A stretch of DNA of 64,000 bases from Guillardia theta CCMP2712 (Eukaryota > Protista > Cryptophyta). The notes under the pieces are model-generated. The model was not told where the DNA came from. It saw only the letters and a list, made by a program, of their open reading frames with translations, and made no database searches. Positions 48,059 to 60,185 of this stretch are shown here, in pieces. Made by a program: the position numbers and the translations under genes. The stretch covers positions 298,878-362,877 of the forward strand of contig NW_005434661.1 of NCBI RefSeq assembly GCF_000315625.1, given 5' to 3'. Position 1 is the first letter of the stretch, and each line of letters starts with the position of its first letter.

Positions 48059-50585
48059 GCGGGGGAAGGGGGAGGAGTGGGTGGGGAGATGGCCTGGCAC
48101 AGGAGCGGGAAGGGGACAAGGGGCAGAGGAGGGAGCAGGAGAATGGAGAAGGAGATTTTCACGAACAGGTTGATGTGAGGGAGCGGAGGCGGAAGCGGAA
48201 AAGGGTAGGAGGAGGTGAGAGAAGTGGAGAGATCAAGAGGGAAGGGAAAGAGAGGGGAGGGGGGATAGCGGAGGGGAGGAAGGGGGAGGGAAGGGGAAGG
48301 GAGGGGAGGGAAATGAAGGGGATCGGGGTGCAAGTCGGGGAGGGGACCTGGATCAAGAACTCCTCAAGCTCGAGGAGGGGCTGAGGGGTCGGGGAGTAGA
48401 TGACGGAGGGGGGCGGAGGGCTGGAGGAGANNNNNNNNNNNNNNNNNNNNNNNNNNNNNNNNNNNNNNNNNNNNNNNNNNNNNNNNNNNNNNNNNNNNNN
48501 NNNNNNNNNNNNNNNNNNNNNNNNNNNNNNTCAGGGGCAAGGGGGAGGAGTCGGGGAGGAAGGGGTGGGGATGGGGGGGAAGGGGGGGGGGGGGAGTGGA
48601 AATGATCAGGGGACGGAAGGACGAAATGGGACAATGCAGGTGGCCAAGGATGGATTGACGGAAGGAAGGGGGAGGGGTGGGAGCAGGAGCAGGAGCAGCA
48701 GGAGCAGCAGGAGCAGCAGGAGCAGAAGAGGGAAGGTTGGGTCACCAGGCTGTCAAATCCTCGCTCGAGCTCCTCCTGTATCTGACCGACACTGAGCTTG
48801 GTATGCGGGACCTCCTAGTCAGCGTCACTCCCGCTCCTCTCTATCCCGCTCGCAAGCTGGATCACCTCGTCGTTCCTGAAGCTCATCCCGGCTCGGTAGC
48901 CTCCATCCACTCGCCTCTGCCTCTTCTCCATCTCCCCCTCCTCCTCCTTCCCATCCTTGGATGCTGCCATGCAGTGCTGCAAGAGCGCGGTAGATCCGCT
49001 CGGGTCGGCAGAGGCATCCTGATCCGTCTGCCCGCTTGCACTCCCCTCCTCCCTGGCCTTCTTGCTGCTCCTCCTCTTCTCCAGCTCCAGCAGACCGCGC
49101 TGCATCCTTGCGCAGAACTTGAGCTCAGAGAGAGGAAACTGAACTATGGAAGCGATCGCGTCCTTGTCCAGATTCATCCACCTGACGGCGTCCACGGAGG
49201 GCTGGAGGCCGTTGAAGCCATGGAAGATCCTCCCGTACCCTCCCATCCGCTCCGCCACGGCCCCCAGCTGCGAGCGAGTGAGATCGCTGAAGAAGAGACG
49301 AGGGGGGACGATAAAGAGAGGAAGCGAGGGGAGTGAGCGGCGAGGAGAGGCGAGGAGGGGATGAAGGGAGGGAAAGGGCTGAGAGCAAGGAGGAGTAGAA
49401 CAAGAGGGACTTAACATGTGGGCAACAGAGAAGTCAAGGGACGGATGAACGAAGGCAGGAAACATAACAAGAGAGGAAGGCAGGAAACAAAACAAGAGAG
49501 GAAGGCAGGAAACATAACAAGAGAGGAAGGCAGAAAGGAGGAGAGAGAAGAGAAACAAGACAAGAGACAAGGCAATGGAGGAGAAAAGAACATCTCAACT
49601 CACCACAAGTCCACATCCCGAATCCACGACGAGAGCTCTTGACCCGGGCTGCACGTTGCTCATGGTGAGGATACGACCGAGCGTGTCCTCTCGCATGTAG
49701 TTGATCTTTCCGGCGCACTTCATGAAGTAAGCTTGGCAGAGCGTCAGGCTCGTCGGCTTGATCGTGACGAACTGCGGGGAGTGCTTGGCTGCCTTCTTCT
49801 TGAGCCATTTGGCCTGGCTGAACTCGGTCTTGTGCTTGAACGTGTCGCTGTTCTCGATGAGGCTTTTGATCACTTCCCTCCCGTTCATCCCGCTGTTCTT
49901 GAGCTCCTTGATCTGATCTGCTCCGAGCTTCTGGCTGCTCTCCTTCCCATTGGTCAGCGCGTTCTTGTCCAAGAGCACACGGTTGTCTCTGTCCTTGGAG
50001 ACCTCGTTGATGCTGCTGCCCGGGTTGCCGCTGGCAAGAATCTCCTCCAGCAGCTGCTCGTGGCTGTTCTGCTCGAAGACGCAGACGGCAGACCTCTCGC
50101 CCTTGTTGACCTCGAAGACTGTCCCGTACGGGAAACCGATAAGATCTTCGTGCCTTATGTTCGCTCTCGCTATCTTGATCTTCTCTCCCGGCCTGGGCCG
50201 TTCGACCATCAGTTCAGCGATACCGCAAGCAGGGAGGAGCAGAGACGCTACCGGAGGAAGACAAATTTCGACTCCTCGATGTGGGTGGAGGCCTTGTGAT
50301 ACAGTATCACCGTGTCCCCGCTCTTCATCACTTCCGAGGAGCTGTGAATGAACAAGCTCAGGTTGTTGACGAACAACAAGGAGGATGATAGTGAGAAGGA
50401 TTGGGAATGGGAGGAGGACATGATGATGAGGATGAATATAAGGATCAGGAGAGGAGGTAGATGAAAAGTCACAGAAGGATTGGGAGAATGATTTGAAAGA
50501 AAGCCTACGCAGGGGAGGTTGCAAGGGAAAGAAACAAAGAGTGGAGGTGGAAGAGTTGGCAAGGAAAAGTGGCAGTCATGGAAGA

Positions 50586-50655
<70 letters not shown>

Positions 50656-50778
50656 CATTGGTGGGTCACCTCGCCATTGCACACGTGAAGTGACCACATC
50701 CCCCCTCAGTCTTTGCAACCCTCATACCGCCCACCCCACGGTGCACAAGTTCTTGGTGCCGACCTGGTCGCCGTCCAT
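47547..50778 (-). CDS. TRM6: tRNA (adenine-58-N1)-methyltransferase non-catalytic subunit (Gcd10/TRM6); spans the assembly gap
   Basis: LIGFPYGTVFEV; RDNR; SQKL...IKELK; LIENSDTFKHKTEFSQAKWLKKKAAKH; MREDTLGRILTMSNV; VVDSGCGLV; WMREYQVLPNRTHPLM; SGFLLTGI. Confidence 0.92.
48431..48530. other. Assembly gap (100 N) flanked by G-rich low-complexity sequence
   Basis: Run of N; falls within the TRM6 locus. Confidence 0.99.
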
Positions 50779-50841
50779 GGCAAGCACGGCAGAGTGGAGG
50801 GCAGGGCGGATGGCAGAGAGGTCGGCAGGCAGCGCGGGCTG

Positions 50842-52230
50842 ATGGCAGAGGGAGAGCATCGAGCACAAGAGGCGAAGGACCAAGGCGAGGACAAGGGGGG
50901 AGGGGAGGGTGAGAAGGAGGATGGAAGCCAAGACCTTGTAATATCCGCAAGCCAAGCTATGCCCTCCGGCTTCCACGTGACGTCGGGGCAAGGAGCTGCT
51001 CCTCATCGCGAGCTCGACGTCCTTCCCAGGAGTGACAACACGTCACTGACTCAGGTTCGGAAGAGATCGCCGCCGACCCTAGAGAGGATATCCGGTCAGG
51101 AGCGATATGCCGGTCCAATTTTCCTAGCTGTCACAATAGTGGTTGCGTCAGCAGTCGGGCAGTATATCATCTACACGGTCCTCCAGAGCAACGTGCCGAT
51201 CATTCTACAGGTCTTTGCTCGCTCTCTCGTTGCTTCCTCGCCTGACCTTGTCTGTAGACCATAACCAGCAGCCTGGCGTTACTGTGCCTTTTCGCCTTGA
51301 CGCAGGTGGATCCCGGAGCGGTTCCTTGGAAGATGGAGGACGAAGCTCCTGTCGAGGACGGAGAAAACTCCTCGATAGTGAGAGGGAGGTGGGGGGAGGT
51401 GGACGGCTACTCATCGGGTGCCTCACAGACCCGGACGCGCGTTCAGCCCGACGGGTCAACGGTGGTGGACAAGTGGTGCTATACATGCAAGCTCTGGCGA
51501 CCTCCCCGAGCAAGCCATTGCCGGATATGCAAGAGGTGAGCGAGAGACCCTCCTCCCCTTAACCTCAACCTCCTCTCGGTCCTCTCCCCCCCTCGAGCTT
51601 GCCTTAAAGATCCTTGTCGACTCAAGTGAACTTGGCTGTCCTAACTTGAGGTCAGATGCTACTATCGGTTCGATCACCATTGCCCCATCACGGGGACTTG
51701 CATTGCTCAGGTGCACTTGTTTTCAGCTGCAGCACCTGCCGTCTCACAAAGATGCTCGAGCAGGGCACGCACATTTTCTTTGTCTCGTTCCTTGTGTTGA
51801 GCAGCTTCGCCTGCCTCGTGGGGTGTGCGTGTGGGTGCTGGAGCATCGCGAGGTAGGAAGGGAGTTTGACAAGGAAACGACAACGTGACATGCAGACAGG
51901 CTCTTTGACAGCAACCCTGAAAAGAAGTGGCAGACATTCCTCCTGTTCCCTTACATGGTAGTCCTAGCCTGGATCGGAATATCTCTTGCGGGGTTCGGGA
52001 TTTGCTTTCATTTAGCGTTGCTCATCTGCAATACGACAACCAAAGAGCATCTGACAGCACCGAACTCGTCGAGGAAAACTTCTTTTTGCAAAGGTATGAA
52101 GCTCGGCATTGATCGCTCCCCGGTCCCTCGCCTGACTTGCGTGCAAGATTGCATTGAGATCTCTTGCGTCGAGAGGCACTGGAAGTACTCCTTGGATCCG
52201 AAGCCAGTAGATCTTAGCCTGATCCCTTGA
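50842..52230 (+). CDS. DHHC-type protein S-palmitoyltransferase
   Basis: [57 protein letters not shown]; flanking TM segments. Confidence 0.93.
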
Positions 52231-52316
52231 GCACCAACCTTCTCCTCTGCTCAAGGAAAGGATCCGTTTAGTTTTCCGTAATGGTTGATAAATTAATCTC
52301 GCGCTCTCTTTGAACG

Positions 52317-54183
52317 CTACCAGCGCCTATCGGTATAGGGTGGTGGAAAGCCTCGGCCACCAGGTGGGAAGTATCCTCGACCCCTTCCCTGCAGCTCAGT
52401 CAGATGTGATCGAGGGACAAGTTACAAACTCACAAGAGGATCTCGGTTGTCATTGGGAGGGGGCGGCATTACAGGACGGGACATCTGCGGGGCGAGTCAG
52501 CACCTCCCCGTCAACCCCCACGACCCACAGGTTGCTGCATGCCACCCATGTGCGGAGGAGTTGGCTGCATTCCAACAAATCTTCCATCCTGCACAGTAAT
52601 CGCCATCAGCGATGGCTGTCGTTGACACCAATCACAGTCGAATTTTCACCTGGAAACCACCTGGGACCTAACAGAACCGGGTCAGCCATCGCACATGTAC
52701 ATGAAATGAAGCAGGACGTACCGGGTGCATGGATCCTGGGGGAACATAGGGAGGGGGAGGCATGTTGGGAGGGGGAGGGTGAGCCCCAAACGGCGGTCTC
52801 ATCGGAACCTGTTCAGATCTCCATCAGGAACTTCATGATAGACCAGGAGGAACTCACCTGAGGAGCAGGTGGAGGAGGGCCAGGCATCGGCATCTGCAGA
52901 AGTCCTACAATCAGCAAGCAGATCCATATGCCAACGGTCTCTCTGACCTTCCCTGCACCAGCGTACGGCATGCACATTCCCATTGGGTGTGCCCTTGGGT
53001 TTGGTGCCGCAGCATGTTCCATGCTCATTCCGCTAGCCATGGCGCTGCCTTGACCATGATGGGCAAGAAATTGAGCAGCTCCGGAAAGAGCTTGCGCAGC
53101 TTCTGCTAGAGCCCGTTCCTCCTGGACTTTGCTTTTAGGATTGTCACAATGATGTTTGAAGAAATCCAACCTTCTCTTTCTTTTCCATTGACTCCTTCCT
53201 CAGCTTCTCCATCTTTAATCGCAAGGAATAGGAAAGCACGTCAGAGAGCCGATTCATCCTGTTGATATTCACCTTTTCTTCTTCCTCTTTCCTCTTCTCA
53301 TCTTTGACCAGCGCTGTGAGCAAGGTCAGCACGAGCTCATCTTGTGAGTGGAGCAGTTGCCTTGTTTCAGGAGCCCGAAAAGATTGCTCTTCTCATGTTT
53401 GAGAGCCTTGAGATTCATGTCATGAACATCCTCCTCGCCTGCTCGTTTCCCTCACCTCGGACTTAGCCTTCAGTTCTGCTAGACGTGCAGCCTTGATCTC
53501 TTCTTCTTGCTCCTTACGCCGCCCTTCATCAGCAGCTCTGTTTGCCTCGTCCTCCCTCTCCTTCCTTTCACGTTCGTTCTCTTCTTCGATCTGACTTCGT
53601 GTCAGCAAGAGCCGTCTTCAATGCATACAATCAGCTTGCCTGCTCCAGCTTTTTCTTGACGATTACATCTCTGATAGCTGCGAATTTTTTCTTTGTCGTC
53701 GTTCAGAAGCATGCAATCCTCGAGGTAATACTCTTACCGCTGAGTATTTGGGCTTGAAAACTGGATACTGTAGAACAAAAAAAGGAGGACCCGATAAGGA
53801 CTTTGAGGTCAAAGATGGCAGAGGCTACCTTTCTCTTGTAAGCTCCCTTTTCTGTAAGAGCCCCTTTCTGGGAGAACCATCCCTAGGAAAGCAATCAATG
53901 ACATTCTTGACCGATTCACATTCCAGGGAAGTGATCTAAATGTAGCATGGATCTTGATTCACCATTACTCCCCTCCCCTCTGCGCCTCACAACCCTCCCT
54001 GTCCCGTTCCTCTCCTCTCTCTCGCTCTCGCTCTCTCTCTCGCTCTCTCTCTCGCTCTGCTCTGCTCTCATCCTCTCCCTCCCTTCTCTTCCCCATCCTT
54101 CCCGTCTCAACTCTTCTGCTCCTCCTCTCCTCCCTCCCCTCCCTCACCTGCGCAGCAGCGTCGGTGGATCCAGGCACCACCAT
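52317..54183 (-). CDS. Hypothetical protein with E/K/R coiled coil and Pro/Gly/Met-rich, RG-rich C-terminus
   Basis: Exons include EEENERERKEREDEANRAADEGRRKEQEEE and the terminal GRGRGYFPPGGRGFPPPYTDRRW*. Confidence 0.6.
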
Positions 54184-54609
54184 CTTGCCGCCCTCTTTCA
54201 AAGACCCCCACCCCTGCAGCGATTTTCAGAGGTATATGTAGAGGTGGGGTAGTACCCTCCTCCCCTCACCCCCGTTTCACGTTCTTTGCTGAACTCCCTC
54301 CCTCCCTCAGCCCCCCCCCCCCCCCTCCCCCCCCGTCCCCTCCTGACAGTCTCATCCCTGCTCGTTCTCCCACCTTCGCAACCCAGTTCTCTTCCATCTC
54401 CCGCAACTCTCCTTCCCACTGCCTCCCAGAGGCTTGCTTCATCGACAGCTTCTTCGAACCACCCTCCTCCTCCTTCCACTCTTCCACGATCTTCCCTGTT
54501 GCTCCCGCGAAATTCCTCCTCCTACTTGTCCCCTCTGTCTCCTGCCCTGGTGCTCCACGTTGTCTGTAAGTTGCCCCACCCTCCCCTTTTCCCCTTCCTT
54601 TCCTCAGAG

Positions 54610-55306
54610 ATGCAGCGGTTTTCGGTCGTGCTATTCTTGTTTGCTCTTTCGTTGCAATCCTGCGATTCGTTCACGGCCCTCGGCGTGCTAGGTGAGGGAG
54701 AGGAGGGGTCAAGAGGGCGACGGCATGTCATCATGGCCGCTGACCATCGCCTGCAGGCCTGCGCTGTGCGTTCAAGGTTCGGGTGGTGAACTTTTCCAAG
54801 ACCAAAGAGAAGTGGTCCGAGGAGGCCTGCCGGGACTTCGGCAGCAGGGTGAAGAAGTTTGGGATCGAGCTAGAAGAGGTGATAGTGAGGCCCGGCGGCT
54901 CCGAGATGATGACGAGGAGATACTGCAGGTCACTCTCAAGCCGGCCCCCGGGCCACCCAAGAGGACTGTTATCCAGCAGAGAGAAGAGGAGGGGAAGGAG
55001 CTGCTCTCCAGGGTGGATGTCGGCAGAGAGAAGCTGATAGTGCTTGACGAGCGAGGAGACATCATGACGTCGCATGAGTTCGCCGACTACCTCAAGAAAT
55101 GTGCGGACGATGGCGACCGAGGGGTCACGTTCGCCATCGGGGGAGCGAACGGGCACTCGGAGGAGGTGCAGCAGACGGCAAGGAGGCAGGGGAAGATGAT
55201 TTCCTTCGGGAAGATGGTGATGAACCATCAGGTCGCCCGAGTCGTGCTCTTCGAGCAGCTCTACAGAGCAATGACGATACAGCACAGCGTCCCATACCAC
55301 AAGTAG
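54610..55306 (+). CDS. rlmH: 23S rRNA pseudouridine-1915 N3-methyltransferase RlmH (SPOUT), nucleus-encoded, putatively plastid-targeted
   Basis: LIVLDERG; FAIGGANG; ISFGKMVMNHQVARVVLFEQLYRAMTI...PYHK*; N-terminus MQRFSVVLFLFALSLQSCDS-F. Confidence 0.92.
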
Positions 55307-56930
55307 ACTCGCATCGGAACAAGCGCAGTGTCCCTTGGTGTGCACTTGACCGTGATGCTGGCCGCTATCAAACTTGGCAAAGGTGCTTCGATGCAGTTTG
55401 AAGACCAAAGCATATCCTTGGGCAGGAGGACATTGAAGTCGTGAAGATATTTCGGGATCCGACATCTCAGCAGTACAAGGTGACGACAGGTATCAATCCA
55501 GAGAAAGCAGTAAGCTCATGGCGGGGATATGCCGCCTCGTGCTGTATCTTGCGAAGATGATCGTCACAAAATTGAGTGATGGGCACCCAACAAAGGTTGC
55601 AATGGATCAAATGACAGCTCCCACGTCAGAAGCAAGTGAACTTCAATATACTCGTTACGGAGTTTCCAGTGTATCGCACTTCGTAATCCATCCGTATGTT
55701 GGTATAAGAACATTCAATTGTAAATACATCAAATGCAGAATTAATACACAAATACAGAATCAGAGATTCAAACCCCTTCTGAACGAATACCCTCTTTTGC
55801 GACTTGCTAAATCCGAGGGTGGAGATTTCTCATGAATTTCCAGTGTGTTGTAAAAGAAATGAATGGAATCTAGAATGTTTTGTGTGCACTATGCAACAAA
55901 GTCTCAAATATGTACATTCCTACATTACTACAAAATCATGTATAGTTCAACGGCCAAAATTCGATCGCAAATCGAGCTCTAAAGTTGTCCAATGCTTTGT
56001 TTTTGTTCCCCTCTCTCCATTAATGCTTCAATGAAGCTCCACCTCGGCCCAATCCTCAACATCAGTTGCTTCTTCACTCTTTTCTCTTGATAGCCTGATC
56101 ACTTCAACAACATCCTATCCTTGGCGAAGGGCTGCCTTCACGCCAACTTCATTTGCCTCTCCAGCATTCCGCATACCTCTTTGTCTTACTTGCATTCTTG
56201 TCTCCTTCCATTCCTTGCCTTCTCCCTCACTTCTCTACTTCGCTTCCTCACCACCCTTATGGATCCCAGAGCGCCTTCATTTTCAACGTTTACACCGGCT
56301 CGACCACCCCTACATGTATCCCTCTTCAGGTACCCCTGTACTCTATTTTCCCTATCACCCCTCCTATTTCCAGTGAAACTCTATCCTCCTTTGAGGGGTA
56401 GGGCGTAAAGCCGTTTTGACCACGCAGGGGACTTTTGTCCAAACAGGGGTGGTATCCCTAATAAAGACCATAGAACTGAACCGGTACGTGGACACCTCTT
56501 GATAGAGTACCCCTGAAATTTACTTCATACTGTACCCACCCCATTCGGTGGTCAAACGTGTTTCAGGAAAGGGGGTTGGGGTATGACCCCCCTACCACAT
56601 CATGAGCTTGATTGCATGATATTGTCTGGGTGGGGGTGATACCATGAACCACTTCCTGATCCTTCATTCCAGGACCCACCCTTGCAAAGGCCAAGATCGT
56701 AACAATTGTTTTGAAACTACATCTTTATTTTTCAAAATGTAAGAAAAACAAAAAAAAATATTTTCCAATTGTATCTTCCAATTTAGCACCTACCCTACAG
56801 GATGAGTTCCAGGCATGACCACCCCTCACTCTGGAATCCCCTGCACTGGTACCCACCCCTACCCCCACTGGAGATAATATTAAACGAGATAAGTTGGGGG
56901 TTCGGGGGAAAGGGGGTGGTGCGTGCTACC

Positions 56931-57955
56931 ATGGGCTACTACTACGACGAAGGCGATGCGTTCAACTTCTACCTGACGATCTGGGGAGGCGATCACTGCC
57001 ATGTCGGCATATACACTGCAGAGGAAGAAGCGCAGGACATGCAGCCTCCTGCAGGAGGAGTCAAGGGCGAGAGCACAGAGTCCGACACCATTCTTCTTGC
57101 GTCCAACAGATCGCTTGAGAAGATCTTGGAGTTGAGCAAGCCTGCTTTTGAGGGCAGAAGTGAAGGACTTGCCATGGACATGGGGGCAGCGTACGGAGGA
57201 TGTGCGAGAGCTCTTTCCAAGAAGTATGGCTGCAAGGTTGTCTGCGTTGAGCTTTCAAAGCGTGAGAACGAAGTCAACATTCAGCGGAACGTCGAGTTGA
57301 AGATGCAGGACAAGATCATTGTGCCTGGAGAGCTGAGCTTTCTTGATACACAGCAGGAGGCAGGAGTCTTTGATTGCTGTGTCTCTGAAGACTCGATTCT
57401 TCACGCCGGGAAGGCAAGACCAGCCGTGGTGGCGGAGGCTGCCAGGGTTCTTCGCAAGGGAGGCCTGTTCGTCTTCAGCGACATCATGCAGAAGGACTGC
57501 GTTGACACCTCTACGCTGAAGGATGTCTACGATCGCATCGGACTTGAAGACATGGGAAGTCCAGCCAAGTACATTGAGTGGGCTTCCCAGGCAGGCAAGC
57601 TGCTAGCGTCAAGTAGCTCTCGGATCCTGATAGCGATGCAGGCTTCCAATTGAAGAGGTACGAAGACTTCTCGCCCCAGATTGCCGTCCACTACGGCAAA
57701 ATCTTGAAGATGCTCGAGGGACCAACGAGAGAGAAGCTCCGAGGCAAGGTGAGGCGCTTCTTCATCCGCCTGTCTCTCGATCCTTAAGGTTGCCCAGGTG
57801 TCGGACGAGTACATCGTTTCGATGATGAAGGGGTTGCGGGCATGGGTGGCGGCGTCGCACGCTGGAAGCATTGTGAGTCGTTCTCTTGCCAGGCTCAACC
57901 TTCCCGCTGACATGCCGAACAGGTCTGGGGATTCTTCGTGTTCGAGAAGCTCTAA
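56931..57955 (+). CDS. SAM-dependent methyltransferase of the sarcosine/dimethylglycine N-methyltransferase (SDMT) family
   Basis: YYYDEGDAFNFYLTIWGGDHCHVGIY; MDMGAAYGGCAR; SEDSILH; EAARVLRKGGLFVFSDIMQ; VYDRIGLEDMGS; MMKGLRAWV; WGFFVFEK. The true 5' end is uncertain. Confidence 0.85.
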
Positions 57956-58226
57956 ACTCTCTCAAGTCACCTCATTCCACCCTACAGTTTCATCAGTGGC
58001 ATACCTCCATCCTACCAGATGTCGGATATTCGTTAGTTTCGGTCAAGTAAATATAGCAGTCCGCTGCAGGTATCACTGTCTCGCAGGCCAGAGGGATGCA
58101 GGATCATTGCAGACGCTTCAGGCTTCCTTTAATAAAAAGAGTTGTAATGAAAATTCACCGAGACACGAAAGTCGCGGCCTGTCTGAAAGCACCGTTGTCA
58201 CTGCAGAAGGTCGATGTCGTGGATTT

Positions 58227-59862
58227 TCAAGCCATCAAAGAACTTGAAAGCATCCAGTACAGGATCACGTGTCGTAGTAAGTACAGCGCGAAATCACGAA
58301 AGGCGAGCAAACTCAAGTTTCCCTGTGGGCACTGCAAATACTCTCTGGTCGGGATCAGCAGATCGGTGCCTGGCCAGGCGGATAAGACAACTTCGTTGGA
58401 GCCATAGAGATAGCAATCAAATCTTGAGAGGCAAGATGTCCAAACATCGTGGAAGTCTAAAAACCCAGAGAGTGAAAAAACCATCAAGAACAAGGCCGTT
58501 CTGATCTTGTTTGCTGGCAACTCGACAGTCCAGGCATCGTGCCACACAGCTTCTGTGAGCAGAGAGAAGTTTTTCGCCATCAGACCATTCAGCATGTCTG
58601 GCATGTGCAACGGACCAAACACAAGAGCGGCGTTAGAGTGCCCACTGCTGTGCACGCGGTCGAGACAGTCGAGAGCAGCTTGATTCCTGCAATTGATCAT
58701 CACTTCATAAACCCCAGTGTCGTGGTTCTGCTGGGAGTTTGCGATGCGTTGGGCGAAGGACAGCTTCCTGGACTCGATGAACTTGCCAGACAGAGCAAGT
58801 TCCAGCACGTGCGCCAGAGTGCCCAGCGAGAGCGATCCCGAGTTGAGCCAGGTCCAGTCGACGAGCAGCCGGACGAGCTCGGGGCAGGGCAGCCTGCAGA
58901 GGATGACATTTCAGTGACGAGGAGATGGTGACGTCAACGAGTTACAAGAAGGCGGCGAGCCTGAAGAACTCAAGGAATTCGCGCAGAGTCTCTGATTCGG
59001 GTTGGAACTCTTCCTTTCCTCCCTTCACATACCACGAGCTGAGAGCATCGCGGGCCGCATTCTTAGCCGCCTGAACGAAGATTGTGCCCTGTATCCCTTG
59101 AAGAAACCTGCTCTCCAATTCCTGCCCTCCAGTAAGAACAGGGTGGTTTCAGCTAGCAGCAGGATGTCACCTTGAACGTTGCTTTGTGCAGGATCGACAT
59201 GGTCTCCTGGTCAAGATCAGCGATGATCCATTTGTCCGAAGTGCGCATGTCAAGCACCTTCACCAGCCAGTGAGGGTCTATCGCACTAGCAAGGTCTAGC
59301 AGAAGAACAACACCTCTAGCTGATGCACAAGGCCAAGGTTGCTAGCCAGCTGCCTCTGAGACGTGTTTGACGACGGCCTCTTGTTGAGCCTTCGGAAGCC
59401 GTCCTGCCCCTCATCACAGTCTTCCTTGCTGGCTACGAGTTCAAGAAGGACCATGTCGAACTTCTGCAGCCTCTCTTGAATGTTCTTGTAGAAGGAATCA
59501 TCCGCCATGTGCAGCACAGGCTCCAGCACCACCTTGTTCTTACCATTCTCAGAACTCTCAAGCTCATAGCGAGCACTTTGCAGGACTGCTCTATGGTTTC
59601 CTACAAAGTTCAGTCGCAGAAAGGGAAGCTCAGGTTCTCGAGTAGCAGATGCTACAAGAGGCGAACTTCCAGCCCGACGGTCTATGCCATGGCGTAGAGG
59701 ATTCCTGACACTACTGCATGTTCCCCGTCGTCTGGCCCATGTCGTGCTTGTCGTGGGAACCAGAAACGAATCCGTCTCCACAATGATGGACAGCAACAAA
59801 AGTTGGAAGACCATCCCAACACACCAAGATCGTTTCCCTGCATCCCTGCACATCTTTGCCAT
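58227..59862 (-). CDS. TraB/GumN-like uncharacterised protein with bipartite plastid-targeting presequence
   Basis: FQLLLLSIIVETDS-FLVPTTSTTWARRRG; VLHMADDSFY...FDMVLLELV; LGLVHQLE; RNQAAL...ALVFGPLHMPD. Confidence 0.6.
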
Positions 59863-60185
59863 GGTCTCGGATCGCCATCCTAACCTCTCCCTTGCACTTT
59901 CTCCCATCCCCCGCCATGGGGTAGAAGGCGCGCAAACGCTGGCGCCATGTAATCGTTCTACAGCAGCTTCGCCTCAGGAAATTTCCAGCGTGTGAGTTGC
60001 ATACCCTCAGTGACTCGCCCGCCGTCCGACACCGGCGGGCCGGCCCGGACCGGGCCGCCAACCCGGGTTGCCGCGTGCGTCCGGCGTCACACCGTCACGG
60101 TTGGTCCGGGCGTAGGTCGCTCGAAAACCATGATGAGACTTTTACTGATTTGACATACAGGGGAAGGTCAGCGGCTTGTGAGCAA

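Noticed and set aside
48353-48795. ORFs spanning the N run
   Set aside because: Artefacts of the assembly gap.
54731-55465. Long antisense ORFs (also 6657-7325, 15540-16187, 16828-17469, 62863-63639)
   Set aside because: Shadows of GC-rich coding exons on the opposite strand, with no independent motifs.
55400-56300. Short ORFs between rlmH and the methyltransferase
   Set aside because: No recognisable motifs or consistent splice pattern; left unannotated.
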